64,000 nt of DNA from a virus: positions 32,001-96,000 of the IMG/VR virus record IMGVR_UViG_3300028920_000047; one strand, 5' to 3'. Positions 49,009 to 59,362 of the stretch are shown here, piece by piece (positions within the stretch are counted from its first letter, which is position 1; each line of letters begins with the position of its first letter). Position numbers and translations under genes: made by a program. A model generated the notes under the pieces. The model was not told where the DNA came from, did not search any database, and was given only the letters and a program-made list of their open reading frames with translations.

Positions 49009-49869
49009 ATGGAACCAAAAGAAAATATAGCAAATAAACTCAAACAATTAAAGGCCGAGCAAAACGCTCAAAATAAGATTAAAAAATTTATAATTGATGA
49101 AATGTTAAATAATAATGTTTCTTTTTACGTTGCTTATAATAAAGCAAAAATTCATCGTGGTAGCGACGTTGTTAACCTGAATTATTTAGATTTGGAAATA
49201 GCGGTGGCCCAAGAAATAAGAGTAAGAAAACGTAACCAAAAGACTATTGACCAAAATCAAGGATTTACTACAGAAGCTGAGAAACCAAAAAAAGCCGACT
49301 TTGACTTAGACGGTGTAGCCCAATTTTATATAGAAAACGCTTTTGAGCAGATTCTTAGAGTAATGCAGCTTGATATAAAAGACCCAAATTTAAAGGAAAC
49401 ACCGCACCGTATTGCTAAAATGTATATAAATGAATTATGCAAAGGATTATATGAACCGGAACCAAAATTTACCACATTTCCAAATCCCAAATATGATGAA
49501 ATGGTTACATTGTTTAATATAAATGTGAAATCATTATGTTCCCATCATTTTTTACCTTTTATAGGTAAAGCCCATATTGGTTATATACCCAATGAAACAA
49601 TTTGTGGTATTAGTAAATTAGTCAGAGTTGTACAATGGTTTATGAGACGTCCTCAGATTCAAGAGGGATTAACAGAACAGATTGCTGATTACCTGGTTGA
49701 GAAATTAAATCCCAAAGGTGTAATAGTAGTTATAGAAGCACAACACCACTGTATGATAGTTAGAGGAGTAGAAGAATACGATAGTATTATGAAAACAAGC
49801 GCAGTACGAGGAGTGTTTGTAGAAAATATTGGTGCCAGGAGAGAATTTTTTAATTTGAAAGGATTATAA
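49009..49869 (+). CDS. folE: GTP cyclohydrolase I with a ~100-aa N-terminal extension
   Basis: ETPHRIAKMY, SLCSHHFLPF, GISKLVR, RRPQIQE, HHCMIVRGV. Confidence 0.95.
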   Translation: MEPKENIANKLKQLKAEQNAQNKIKKFIIDEMLNNNVSFYVAYNKAKIHRGSDVVNLNYLDLEIAVAQEIRVRKRNQKTIDQNQGFTTEAEKPKKADFDLDGVAQFYIENAFEQILRVMQLDIKDPNLKETPHRIAKMYINELCKGLYEPEPKFTTFPNPKYDEMVTLFNINVKSLCSHHFLPFIGKAHIGYIPNETICGISKLVRVVQWFMRRPQIQEGLTEQIADYLVEKLNPKGVIVVIEAQHHCMIVRGVEEYDSIMKTSAVRGVFVENIGARREFFNLKGL

Positions 49870-49873
49870 TAAA

Positions 49874-50116
49874 ATGTCCGAAACAACAATATTAAAAGAA
49901 AAAGAGATTGATTCAATTACCAGAATAATAGATTTAATGGAAAAGTGGAACCTGGTTTTACCGGAACTGTTCTCTTTAAAATTATTGATAAATATAAATA
50001 ATATAAAAACCGTAAATCATATAAATTGTCATAAGGCAGTTGATAAAATTTTAAATAGTGATATGAAAAAAGAAACTTTGGAAAAAATATTAAAAGAATA
50101 TTTTTGGTGTGATTAA
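49874..50116 (+). CDS. hypothetical protein
   Basis: 80-aa ORF. Confidence 0.55.
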   Translation: MSETTILKEKEIDSITRIIDLMEKWNLVLPELFSLKLLININNIKTVNHINCHKAVDKILNSDMKKETLEKILKEYFWCD

Positions 50117-50131
50117 AGGGAGGAAAATAAA

Positions 50132-51106
50132 ATGGTATTTTTACAATTATGTTTTATCGCTTGTTTAGTATTTGCTAATTTAACAGCAAATAAAATTTGT
50201 ATACTATTTGGTATTCAATTTCCTGCAGGAGTTCTTACCTACCCTATAACTTTTCTAATTACTGATATTATGTCAGAAATTAAAGGTAAACACGCTACTC
50301 ACAAATTAGTTAATCAAGGATTTATAATTAATATTATAATAATAGGATTAGTTTTTACTATGTTAAAAATTCCACAGGCTATGGGTAGTGCAAAAGCCTT
50401 TCAATTAGTATTTTCGTCTACCTGGAGAATTATAATTGCATCAATGGTTGCTTATTTTATAAGCCAGCATATTGATGTTATATTATTTCATTTTTGGAAA
50501 AATTTAACAAAGGGTAAATGGTTATGGTTAAGAAATAATGGTTCAACAATTATAAGCCAGTTTTTTGATTCTACTATATTTTGTACTATTGCTTTTTATG
50601 GAATATTACCAAATAATATTTTATTTAATATTATTGTGGGACAATATATAATGAAGTGGTGTATAGCTTTATTGGATACTCCTTTTTGTTATTTTGGAGT
50701 ATGGTATTATAAAAGTCATGGTGAAAAAACATACGAAATAAGCTGGCAAGCAAAATATTTTAAATATAATTATTATAAACATCATAAATATTGTCCACAA
50801 TGTGGCTACGATAAACACTCCTCAACTTTTCTCGGTACTATTCTTGATTTAAAAAACAAACACAAATATAAGGATAATAATAGCGTCAAATGTTCAAGAT
50901 GCGGCTGGACGGGTATAGTACATGACCTGGTATCAGGAGAAAAAAGAATTCCCTTTACAAAAGTCCCAAAAAAGTATAAACAGGATTTACCCTTTACATC
51001 TCATAAACCACTAACTAAAGAAAAAGAGAAGGAAATATACCCAAAAAGAAAAATACAAAGGGTGCCGAAAGCACCGGATTCTCGCCCAACAATAGAGAAG
51101 GGATGA
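50132..51106 (+). CDS. yhhQ: preQ0/preQ1 transporter (YhhQ/VUT family) fused to a C-terminal zinc-ribbon domain
   Basis: YPITFLITDIMSE, RIIIASMVAYFISQHID, WLRNNGSTIISQFFDS, DTPF; extension with CPQC..CSRC. Confidence 0.88.
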   Translation: MVFLQLCFIACLVFANLTANKICILFGIQFPAGVLTYPITFLITDIMSEIKGKHATHKLVNQGFIINIIIIGLVFTMLKIPQAMGSAKAFQLVFSSTWRIIIASMVAYFISQHIDVILFHFWKNLTKGKWLWLRNNGSTIISQFFDSTIFCTIAFYGILPNNILFNIIVGQYIMKWCIALLDTPFCYFGVWYYKSHGEKTYEISWQAKYFKYNYYKHHKYCPQCGYDKHSSTFLGTILDLKNKHKYKDNNSVKCSRCGWTGIVHDLVSGEKRIPFTKVPKKYKQDLPFTSHKPLTKEKEKEIYPKRKIQRVPKAPDSRPTIEKG

Positions 51107-51483
51107 GTGGAGATAATAATATGAAACATGAAAGCATTTTAACAATTTATCCAGAGTTAAATAATTTATGCAATAAACTAAAAGAAAAAGCTACATCGTA
51201 TAAATCTGAAGCGTCATCTGAGATTAGATTATACATTATAGAGGAGTTAGAAAATATTGATAAATTTTTATCTAAATTAGTTAGTGAGAGAAAAATAATT
51301 AAATATCAAATTGTTATTTACGATTCAACTAATGGTTCAATAAATAATAATATAATAAACACCGAAATCAATATAAAGGATTTTCCAATAGCAGCTTTTA
51401 AAAGAATCAAAATAGGTACGAAGGCGTTTTGTTACGGATTAACATTTCCATTCTGTAATAGGTCAGTAATTTCGGAGGGATAG
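51103..51483 (+). CDS. hypothetical protein
   Basis: 126-aa ORF. Confidence 0.55.
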   Translation: MSGDNNMKHESILTIYPELNNLCNKLKEKATSYKSEASSEIRLYIIEELENIDKFLSKLVSERKIIKYQIVIYDSTNGSINNNIINTEINIKDFPIAAFKRIKIGTKAFCYGLTFPFCNRSVISEG

Positions 51484-51680
51484 ACCAATGTTTAAATTAT
51501 TATTAAATTTATTTAGAAGTGAGAATTATTCTAAAAAATCTAAAGAAAAATATTTAACAAGTATGTTCTATAAATTAAATATGAATGAAGATATTTGGTT
51601 ACCTGTTTATCCAGGTAAAACCAAAATTAAAATGATTGAACCAAATATACCGTGGCCAAGAAAATAAATAGGAGAAAACG

Positions 51681-52811
51681 ATGCCAAAAAAAGTCAATAA
51701 AAAAGATATAAGATATTTACCCGCTCTATTTCCAAATATGCAAAATCAAATAATAGGCTATGAACATCGCGGATTTAAACTTGATTTTTGGCAGGATAAT
51801 CCAGTGTTTAATTATAAACATATTCTAATTGCTTTTAACTTTTTTGGCCACAAAAATAGAAGACAAATATTTGGTAAAAATAATAAAAAATTATTCATTT
51901 TTGGTGATAGCGGGGGTTTTGCCAGTGCTTCACAAAATTTAAATATAAATCCTATTGATGTTATAAAATGGCAACAGCAGAATTGTAACATGGGTGTATT
52001 ACTGGATGTACCGCCCTTTATATTTACCGGGGTAGCTGGTTTGAATAAAACGAATAATGTAATTTATAAGAAAGCTTTGAAACAAACTATAGAAAATATA
52101 CAAGAGGCTAAACAATATGTAAAATCTAATTATCAGTGGTGGGGTGTTATACAAGGCAAAACCTTTGCTCAGAAATTACATTGGTATAAGGAGATATCTA
52201 AAATACATAACTTTAAAAATTGGGCCATCTCGGCCAAACCTTCTCATAATTATTATCAAATAATAAGCTCCATAGCTTTAGCTTATAAATACAAAATAAA
52301 AAATATACACCTATTTCAACTAAGCGCCGTACGCTCGATTGCATTACTTATTTTATGTCAAAAACATTTAGATAATTACTTTGATAAAATATATTTCGAC
52401 AGTAGTACACCCAGTAGAATGGGTTTGGGAAATAGATATTTACAGATAACCGCAGAAAGAAATAAACTTATTAAATTCTCTGACCGGTTAAGTAAGAAAA
52501 AACAGGAACAACTTATAAAAGAGTTTGACTGTCAATGCGAAGTATGTAAACATTTTGAAACAAAAGAATATTTTTTACCTTCCTGGCAAGGTAGTGGTAT
52601 TATCTTTTTACACGATTTTAATATACTCGTGCAAAAAATCAAAGAGCTAAAAAAATATTCAAAAGACGATTTGATTGAATTTTCAAGAGTACCTAAAAAC
52701 AAGGTAAAAGTATTATTAGATAATATAACCAATTTACAAAAAATTAAAAAATTAGAAGAATTTGTTGTACCCAGAAAGTCCAATAATGTGTTTTCGTTAT
52801 TAGAAAAATGA
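51681..52811 (+). CDS. dpdA: DNA/tRNA-guanine transglycosylase-like protein (DpdA candidate)
   Basis: DSGGF, LDVPP, GVIQG, IHLF, FDSST, CQCEVC..H zinc site; co-located with queCDE/folE/yhhQ. Confidence 0.8.
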   Translation: MPKKVNKKDIRYLPALFPNMQNQIIGYEHRGFKLDFWQDNPVFNYKHILIAFNFFGHKNRRQIFGKNNKKLFIFGDSGGFASASQNLNINPIDVIKWQQQNCNMGVLLDVPPFIFTGVAGLNKTNNVIYKKALKQTIENIQEAKQYVKSNYQWWGVIQGKTFAQKLHWYKEISKIHNFKNWAISAKPSHNYYQIISSIALAYKYKIKNIHLFQLSAVRSIALLILCQKHLDNYFDKIYFDSSTPSRMGLGNRYLQITAERNKLIKFSDRLSKKKQEQLIKEFDCQCEVCKHFETKEYFLPSWQGSGIIFLHDFNILVQKIKELKKYSKDDLIEFSRVPKNKVKVLLDNITNLQKIKKLEEFVVPRKSNNVFSLLEK

Positions 52812-55135
52812 AAAAAAGAAAAACTTTTAAAATAAAGATAAAAACTTGTAACGACTGTAAAGCTAATAGAAGAAAATATGTCAAAGGAAATTATACCGAT
52901 TCAGATATTTTAATCCTCTTTGATAATCCTATTATTAGAAAACCACAAAATAAATCTTATACCAATTATAAAAAGATATTAGAGTTATTTCAAGATTTAA
53001 ATCCGAGTTATGATTTTTTAACTAAATGTACCTTTAACAGTTATAATTTACAATCGGCAGAAATTTGTTACCAAAAATATATAAAAAAAGTAATAAAAAA
53101 ATTTAAAATTATTGTTTTAACCAGTCAATTCTGTTTTTCGTTTTTCTTTCCAGGATATAAATATGATGCAATCGGTATTGGTAATTTTATATCCAAAAAA
53201 ATAGATAATAAGGAATTAAAATTCTATTCTGTAGGCTGGGATATATTATTAAATAAAAAATATGTAAATAGATTAAAAAAATATTTAGCCGGAACACTAT
53301 ATAATAAAAAATATAAAATAATTACTACTGATAAAGAATTTAAAGAATATGCAAAAATAATTAAAACTAAAAGTATTGTTGGTTTTGATATGGAAAATAA
53401 TACAACAAATCCTTTTCAGCCCGGATGGTTATTATATAGTATGGCTATATCATGGAAAAAAGATTTTTCAGTTTGTTTTCCATACGAACATCCTGAATTT
53501 AAAGATATAATATTACGTAATAAATTTAAAAATTTTATATCAGGATTATTAGTTTCAAAAAATATTAGAAAGGTTATACATAATGCTAAATATGATATAA
53601 AAATGACCAGAGCCAAAGGTTTTCCCGATGCTCAAAATGTAGCATGTACATGGTTAATGGCTTATTTAAGAAACGAACGCCGAAAATATTATAAACTAAA
53701 GACCCTGGTACCAGAATTTTTAGATGGTTATGCGGATATAGTTTTAGACTTTGAAGATACCCAGTTATCAAGATTGGGTTATTATAATAATTTTGATGCG
53801 GATATGCATTTACAGCTTTACAATTTATTCTATAATGATTTCAGTGGAAAATTAAGATATGCTTTTGAAGAAATTTGTTCAATAATGCCTACTCTTTTTG
53901 CGGACATAGAGTTGAATGGTATAAAAATAGATTTAAAATATTTAACCAAATTAAGTAAAACTTTGAAAATGAATGAAAAAAAAATATTACATAAATTATA
54001 TAAAATTGAACCATCTTTGAAAAAAATAAATCTTGATTCCCACCAACAATTGGGAGATGTGCTTTTTAATAAATTAAAAAGACCAATAATAGAAAAAACT
54101 CCTCAATCAAAACAACCTAAATTAAATGAAACCATTCTAAAAATATTATCAGTTAAATATCATTGTAAAATATCGGAACAAATTTTAAAATTGCGTAAAA
54201 ATCATAAATTTTTTAATACTTATGTAAAAAAAGTCAAATCAGATTGGTTATATCCTGACGGTAAAACAAGATGTGATTATTTAATAACCGGTACTACAAC
54301 CGGCCGGCCTGCAGGACAAAACCCGAATCTTTTAAATATACCTCGGGATAAAAGAATAAAAAATTATTTTATAGCTGATAAAAATTGTAACTTGTTTCAA
54401 ATCGATTTTTCACAGGCCGAATTACGTATTATGGCGTCATTATCAAATGATAAAGCAATGATAAACGAATATAACAAAAAGAATCCTGATTTACATACCC
54501 TCACCGCAGTACAAATATCTAACAAACGTCCAGAAGATATAGAATATGAAGACCGGCAAAAAGGTAAAGTAACAAATTTTGGTTTAATTTATTTAATGTC
54601 AGCTAAAAGTTTAATGAATGATGCTAAATATAAATATAATGTAAAGATGACATTACCTGAGGCTCAAAAATATCATGATAATTGGTTTAAAAAATATAAA
54701 AATGTTAGAGAATTTCATAATAAAATAGCTTGGCAAATAAAGACCAAATATTATGTTGAATCCCCGTTTGGTAGACGTCGGCGTTTTCCCGAACTAAAGA
54801 ATGAAAAAATATTATATCAAGATGATTTCAATAATCTACACCGCCAAGCAGTAAATTTTCCTATTCAATCGACTGCGTCCGATATAACGGTTTCAACTCT
54901 ATATAAATTATATTTATTTTTAAAAAAATATAAAATGAAATCAAAAATAATATTGACCGTTTATGATAGTGGTATATTAAACGCTTATCCTGATGAAATT
55001 GAAGATATATATTATCTTGTTAAAGATTTAGAAAATATGATAAAATACGACTGGTTAAAAGTACCAATGATTATTGATTGTAGTATTGGTAATCGTTGGG
55101 GGGAATTAAAAGATTATAAGGGAGGTAAATTATAA
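52808..55135 (+). CDS. polA: family A DNA polymerase with 3'-5' exonuclease and a degenerate N-terminal UDG-like domain
   Basis: GFDMEN, HNAKYD, YNNFDA; TTTGR, DFSQAELR, RQKGKVTNFGLIY, NFPIQSTASD, TVYDS; N-terminal CNDC..TKC..C. Confidence 0.93.
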   Translation: MKKRKTFKIKIKTCNDCKANRRKYVKGNYTDSDILILFDNPIIRKPQNKSYTNYKKILELFQDLNPSYDFLTKCTFNSYNLQSAEICYQKYIKKVIKKFKIIVLTSQFCFSFFFPGYKYDAIGIGNFISKKIDNKELKFYSVGWDILLNKKYVNRLKKYLAGTLYNKKYKIITTDKEFKEYAKIIKTKSIVGFDMENNTTNPFQPGWLLYSMAISWKKDFSVCFPYEHPEFKDIILRNKFKNFISGLLVSKNIRKVIHNAKYDIKMTRAKGFPDAQNVACTWLMAYLRNERRKYYKLKTLVPEFLDGYADIVLDFEDTQLSRLGYYNNFDADMHLQLYNLFYNDFSGKLRYAFEEICSIMPTLFADIELNGIKIDLKYLTKLSKTLKMNEKKILHKLYKIEPSLKKINLDSHQQLGDVLFNKLKRPIIEKTPQSKQPKLNETILKILSVKYHCKISEQILKLRKNHKFFNTYVKKVKSDWLYPDGKTRCDYLITGTTTGRPAGQNPNLLNIPRDKRIKNYFIADKNCNLFQIDFSQAELRIMASLSNDKAMINEYNKKNPDLHTLTAVQISNKRPEDIEYEDRQKGKVTNFGLIYLMSAKSLMNDAKYKYNVKMTLPEAQKYHDNWFKKYKNVREFHNKIAWQIKTKYYVESPFGRRRRFPELKNEKILYQDDFNNLHRQAVNFPIQSTASDITVSTLYKLYLFLKKYKMKSKIILTVYDSGILNAYPDEIEDIYYLVKDLENMIKYDWLKVPMIIDCSIGNRWGELKDYKGGKL

Positions 55136-55497
55136 TGTTAACTGGAACAAAGGAAAAACAATCCGGGTACCCAACAATTAGCAAAATGGAAAAAAAAGCT
55201 ATGCAGAAATTAAGTCTAAACGGTAATAACCCTGAGATAGTTCGGGTTATAACTTATCCTGAATTTTGTATTGAAATAAAACCTGAGAGGGAACTTATTA
55301 AACTGGCCGGTCAGGAATATACTTTTGATTTCTTTAGAGTGTTGGGTTCAGGTAATTTTGAACCTTTTACTGTAAGCTACGACGAAAAAGAATGTAAAAT
55401 AGTTTGTAGTAAAACCGTACCTATGCAGAAAAAAGATTTTAATATGTTTTCTCATAGCGCTTTAGTGCATGATAAAATAGTAAATAAAAAGGAGTGA
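55135..55497 (+). CDS. hypothetical protein
   Basis: 120 aa, GGGAGG RBS. Confidence 0.65.
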   Translation: MLTGTKEKQSGYPTISKMEKKAMQKLSLNGNNPEIVRVITYPEFCIEIKPERELIKLAGQEYTFDFFRVLGSGNFEPFTVSYDEKECKIVCSKTVPMQKKDFNMFSHSALVHDKIVNKKE

Positions 55498-56420
55498 TAA
55501 TTATGTCCGGAACATCTGGTAATTTATGTTTAAGAAAAAATATAACCTTAAACCGTCCCCTGGACATGTGTAAAAAATGTCCACCAGTATTTAAGAACGA
55601 TTGTTTGGTAGTTGCTAAAAGTAATCTTATTAAAAATAATAATTACCCACAGGCAAAAATTGGTAAAGATAATAAACAACATGCTTCCTACGAAAACATA
55701 GAAACTGAAGCAAAAACTAATTCAAAAGAATGTGTAATTTGTGGGGGAATAACAAAATATAAAAAGTTTGGTCTATGTAGGAGACATTATCAAAATTGGT
55801 GTTATTATAAAAACAAGAAAGAAAATAAAAAATTTCCGGATAAGGACCTCTTTAAAAAATTTCTAATATTTCAAAAAAGCAAACTTAAAAAATCCCCAAT
55901 TAAAGAGGAAGAAATGATATGTAGTCTATGTGCCAAAAAACGTTCACAGGATACTAAACCAAATCAAAAAAGATGGTATAGTGGTTATAAATTATGTCCA
56001 GCGTGTACACAATCCTGGAACAAATTTAAAAAGAGGCATTTAAAAAAATTTGACCATGAGAATAAATGTTTAGAGGCTTATAAAAGAAAACGAAAACACT
56101 TTCTGAAATATGGTAAAAAAGCAAAACTCGAAAAAAGGAAAGTTGACGGTCAAAATGATATAAAACTCAAAACCGCTGAAGAAAAATCAATATTAACAGA
56201 GGTTAAAAAAATAAACAAAAAGGAAATACGTGCAGAAATAATTGCCGGTTTAAAAGAAGCAATGGGTGTGGACGTTACATTGGATTGTGAAATTTGTTTG
56301 GGAATAGGGGATAAAAAAGAGACTGTAAGTGAAATGAAATGGACTTTTATAGCCTGGTTTAGCGAGGATGTGGGAATTAAACTTGGTAAAATGAAAATAG
56401 TTAGAGAGTATGATAAATGA
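55494..56420 (+). CDS. multi zinc-ribbon basic protein
   Basis: CVICG..LCRRH, CSLC..LCPAC and other Cys clusters. Confidence 0.65.
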   Translation: MIIMSGTSGNLCLRKNITLNRPLDMCKKCPPVFKNDCLVVAKSNLIKNNNYPQAKIGKDNKQHASYENIETEAKTNSKECVICGGITKYKKFGLCRRHYQNWCYYKNKKENKKFPDKDLFKKFLIFQKSKLKKSPIKEEEMICSLCAKKRSQDTKPNQKRWYSGYKLCPACTQSWNKFKKRHLKKFDHENKCLEAYKRKRKHFLKYGKKAKLEKRKVDGQNDIKLKTAEEKSILTEVKKINKKEIRAEIIAGLKEAMGVDVTLDCEICLGIGDKKETVSEMKWTFIAWFSEDVGIKLGKMKIVREYDK

Positions 56421-56911
56421 TAACAATAAAAATATCTAAAAACGAATATAATACTATTATAAAAGTATGTGAATATTTCAATTTATCTATTGATAAATTA
56501 TTTAAAAAAACTATCAACGCTCTAATTACCGATAGACTATCTTTTCCCCCTGGAGTTTATTATATAATTTCTGACCCAAAATTTAATGGGAGAATTGACC
56601 ACCATAGAGCCTACTGGCTTGAAAAAAGTGGAGTTAAATTAGAATTGAACTTGGATAGAAAATGGATTAAAATAAGGAGATATATTTTAAACCCTAATGA
56701 TAAATGTTTTACTTTTACTTTATTTTGCGTAAATATTATAAATTATAATTTTAGAGAATTTTTACGAATAACTTTTAACATCTCGTACAACGATTATTCG
56801 GGTTATTACCACAAAATATTTAATAATAAAACACCTGAGAAAATTAAAAAGGAAAATGGAAAGAATTCAAGATTTAATATAGGAGAAATAATTGAAAACA
56901 CTAAAAAATAG
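56417..56911 (+). CDS. hypothetical protein (possible ribbon-helix-helix N-terminus)
   Basis: MITIKISKNEYNTIIKVCEYFNLSIDKLFKKTI. Confidence 0.5.
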   Translation: MITIKISKNEYNTIIKVCEYFNLSIDKLFKKTINALITDRLSFPPGVYYIISDPKFNGRIDHHRAYWLEKSGVKLELNLDRKWIKIRRYILNPNDKCFTFTLFCVNIINYNFREFLRITFNISYNDYSGYYHKIFNNKTPEKIKKENGKNSRFNIGEIIENTKK

Positions 56912-57512
56912 CAATCATCAAATCATCGGATTATCCTGGAAATATAAGGATATTATAAATGGCCAGCGGGAAATAAATTGTCCCTGGAAGAAAACTTTTA
57001 AACATCAATTGTCAGAGATTTGTTTTTTTTGTCCTAATAAATTTAGAAAAAAATGTTTAAAACTTATATTTTCAAGCCCTGATTACGAAATTAGAGATAT
57101 ACCAATAGGAAAAGATATGATTACTTATAGAGGCAAAAAACCCACCATAATAGCAGGAATAAAGAATGATAATACCAATTTAACACAAGAAGATGGATAT
57201 TATAAATTAGTTAAACATAATTTACCTACCTATTCAGAATTTTGTTTATGCTGTTATATGATTCGAGATAATTTAAAAGAAAAAAAATTAGATAAACATA
57301 ATCAACTATTATGTAATCGATGTTTTCAAAGATTTAGGGAGTGGAAAAACTGTAAAATAAATAAAAGAAAAACCATAAGAACATTTATAAGAGAATATCA
57401 AAAAATATTACTTGAGGTAGAAACCGAAATAATTGCTCGACAACAACGAGCAATTAAATTAAGATATAAAGTTCAAAAGACAAAAATAAATTATGAGAAA
57501 TTTAAAGTATGA
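56892..57512 (+). CDS. Cys-rich hypothetical protein
   Basis: 206 aa with several CxxC motifs. Confidence 0.55.
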   Translation: MKTLKNSNHQIIGLSWKYKDIINGQREINCPWKKTFKHQLSEICFFCPNKFRKKCLKLIFSSPDYEIRDIPIGKDMITYRGKKPTIIAGIKNDNTNLTQEDGYYKLVKHNLPTYSEFCLCCYMIRDNLKEKKLDKHNQLLCNRCFQRFREWKNCKINKRKTIRTFIREYQKILLEVETEIIARQQRAIKLRYKVQKTKINYEKFKV

Positions 57513-58237
57513 AAATTATTAAACCACCGCCATTTGGCGAAAATTTTAAATTAAAAAAATATTTAACTGCTAAAACATGGAGTAAATTATTAAAAAGGGA
57601 ATTTCAAAAACCATATATGAAAAAATTAGAAAATAAACTTGAACAAGACTATTTTAATTATAATATATTACCCAAAAAACAGGAAATATTTAAAGCATTA
57701 AATTTAACAGATTATAATAAAGTTAAAGTTGTACTATTTGGCCAAGACCCTTACCCAGTTCCGGGACATGCTCATGGACTTGTTTTCGGAGTGCCAGATG
57801 ATTTACAACCAAAACCTCCATCATTGAAAATCATATTTAAAGAAATTAAGCGGAACATGAGTATAAAAATACCAACAAATAGAAGTTCTTTATCCGGCTG
57901 GGCCAAACAAGGTGTATTATTGCTAAATGTAATATTAACTGTTATGGCTTATTCTACAGGCTCCCATAAAAATTACGGCTGGGAAAAATTTACTGATACA
58001 ATAGTCAAATTATTATCAAAAAGAAATAAACCTATAATATTTGTATTATGGGGAGCTTTTGCTAAACAAAAAAAATATTCTATAAAAAATAGAAACCATT
58101 ATATATTAGAAGCGGCTCATCCAGCATCAGAGTGTTATGGTGGTCAAAATTTTACCGGCTGTGGTCATTTTAGCCAAATAAATAATATATTAAAAAGTAA
58201 TAAAGAGGAACCTATAAATTGGCGAAATATATCATAA
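57509..58237 (+). CDS. ung: uracil-DNA glycosylase, family 1
   Basis: VKVVLFGQDPY, AHGL.F, PPSL, WAKQGVLLLN, FVLWG, HPAS, GCGHFS. Confidence 0.95.
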   Translation: MKIIKPPPFGENFKLKKYLTAKTWSKLLKREFQKPYMKKLENKLEQDYFNYNILPKKQEIFKALNLTDYNKVKVVLFGQDPYPVPGHAHGLVFGVPDDLQPKPPSLKIIFKEIKRNMSIKIPTNRSSLSGWAKQGVLLLNVILTVMAYSTGSHKNYGWEKFTDTIVKLLSKRNKPIIFVLWGAFAKQKKYSIKNRNHYILEAAHPASECYGGQNFTGCGHFSQINNILKSNKEEPINWRNIS

Positions 58238-58242
58238 AAACT

Positions 58243-58962
58243 ATGTTTAAATATAGATTAAAAAAATGTATAATATTTAATAATAAAAAACTATTACAAT
58301 TTATTGCTAAAAAAAATAATTTTTATGATTTTGTTAAACAACAATTGAATAAATATAGAAAAACTCAGATACAATATTTTTCAAAAGAACAAAAAAAATC
58401 AATTGATAATGTTTATAATTACAAAACTTTAAAAAATTTAAGTAACCATAATAAAATGGATATAGATGATTTATTTAAAATATTCGTAATTAGCCACGCT
58501 TCAATTCCTATAAAAGAATGGCGATATCATTTATTAGGATTTATTAAAGAGATAAAAAAAATAAAATATTTAAATAGTGAAATAACTAATAAAGCTATAG
58601 AATATATAAACAAATGGGATACTATTTTTGATAATAATGATTTTAAATCATTATGTATACAAAATAGTATAAGTAATAAATTGAGAAAGGGAGAAGCTCA
58701 TAGTTCAGATTTTTTTATATTTTTAAACTGGTGTTCCATCATATATCCTGATAAAGACCTATGGGATATTCCATTATACATACAAATAATTAGTCAATTA
58801 GTAAAATTAAAAGACATAATTGTTACCGTATATCCCGGTATATTTTTATACGACAAAGCTTACGACAGATTAGTATTATATTATGAAAAAATATTGAGCT
58901 CACGAAAAGGTTATACCAGCGATACCAAAATAAAAACAAAAAAGATTTTAAAAGGAATTTAA
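58243..58962 (+). CDS. hypothetical protein
   Basis: long ORF in the operon; start uncertain. Confidence 0.55.
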   Translation: MFKYRLKKCIIFNNKKLLQFIAKKNNFYDFVKQQLNKYRKTQIQYFSKEQKKSIDNVYNYKTLKNLSNHNKMDIDDLFKIFVISHASIPIKEWRYHLLGFIKEIKKIKYLNSEITNKAIEYINKWDTIFDNNDFKSLCIQNSISNKLRKGEAHSSDFFIFLNWCSIIYPDKDLWDIPLYIQIISQLVKLKDIIVTVYPGIFLYDKAYDRLVLYYEKILSSRKGYTSDTKIKTKKILKGI

Positions 58963-58975
58963 AATAACTTATAAA

Positions 58976-59362
58976 ATGGTCAAAAGAATAGAAAATATAT
59001 TTAATAATTTTAATATGTTTATCTGGAAAGAATTCAATTTGATATTCAATAATACTATAAATTTTAAAAACGACAATTCTATAAAAGCCTGGCATCATTC
59101 TGTAAAAAATTTGGAAGATTTATTTAATAAAGAATATGAAAAATATGGTATAAAAATAAAATATAGGAAGGATAATACTTTTTTTAAAGGTTTATTTTGG
59201 CATTTATTAGTAATAACTTACATAGAAAAACTAAAATTAACAAATGATGAAATATTTATGAACTGGCCTAAGAGGGTTTTAAATTATTTTGATTTACTTA
59301 ATAAGGCCGAAAAATATTTTAACATAACCTACGAAAAATTAAGGAAAGGAGTTAAATCATGA
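58976..59362 (+). CDS. hypothetical protein
   Basis: 128-aa ORF. Confidence 0.55.
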   Translation: MVKRIENIFNNFNMFIWKEFNLIFNNTINFKNDNSIKAWHHSVKNLEDLFNKEYEKYGIKIKYRKDNTFFKGLFWHLLVITYIEKLKLTNDEIFMNWPKRVLNYFDLLNKAEKYFNITYEKLRKGVKS

